The position numbers and the translations under genes were made by a program. 26,151 nt of DNA, taken from a virus (lineage: Duplodnaviria; Caudoviricetes). Positions 26,052 through 26,151 of this stretch are shown in pieces; the stretch's first letter is position 1, and each line of letters starts with the position of its first letter. Below the pieces are notes generated by a model that was not told the origin of the DNA, searched no databases, and was given only the letters and a program-made list of their open reading frames with translations. Location: positions 1-26,151 of the IMG/VR virus record IMGVR_UViG_3300025673_000016, one strand, 5' to 3'.

Positions 26052-26151
26052 TACGCTCACCGATCCACCGCATCACAGGAACAGCCATTGAATTGCCAAG
26101 TGCCTTATATCTGGGGCCATCAGGACAGTCATCTGCACTCTTTTTGCGGTA
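26035..26151 (-). CDS. C5 cytosine DNA methyltransferase, C-terminal fragment (partial, not in ORF track)
   Basis: Minus-strand translation YRKKSADDCPDGPRYKALGNSMAVPVMRWIGERINQAD*, the motif X pattern of Dcm-family enzymes. Confidence 0.85.
   Translation of the reverse strand, partial: YRKKSADDCPDGPRYKALGNSMAVPVMRWIGERINQAD

Noticed and set aside
1-26151. Genome-wide TAG recoding
   Set aside because: Long conserved genes are intact under code 11, and TAG ends terL and other genes at sensible positions.

Overview
This window is the late (morphogenesis) arm of a temperate, podovirus-like dsDNA phage with a P22/Sf6/SU10-type gene order, almost all on the + strand. The order is: small ORFs, terminase small subunit, a regulatory intergenic region, a two-gene moron, terminase large subunit, two putative sRNA units, portal, two inserted polyvalent-domain proteins, scaffold, major capsid, adaptor, tail fibres, nozzle, ejection (DNA transfer) proteins, lysis genes, an apparently intact attP, a tyrosine integrase, and the 3' end of a convergent C5 DNA methyltransferase. 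The most striking element is a polymorphic cargo cassette right after the portal. Its two adjacent proteins share a 63-aa leader (50/63 identical) rich in GLL motifs and both end in GLL, but they carry unrelated payloads (LPD23 plus HExxH metallopeptidase versus an ADP-ribosyltransferase-like domain). GLL also marks the termini of the ejection proteins, suggesting a head-loading or ejection tag. Other notable items are an acr/aca-like autoregulated moron, tandem sRNA-like units with an anti-RBS loop, a XerD half-site/IHF/direct-repeat region after terS, and an amber codon at an expected Trp position. All product calls come from motif recognition by eye and gene order; no database searches were run.
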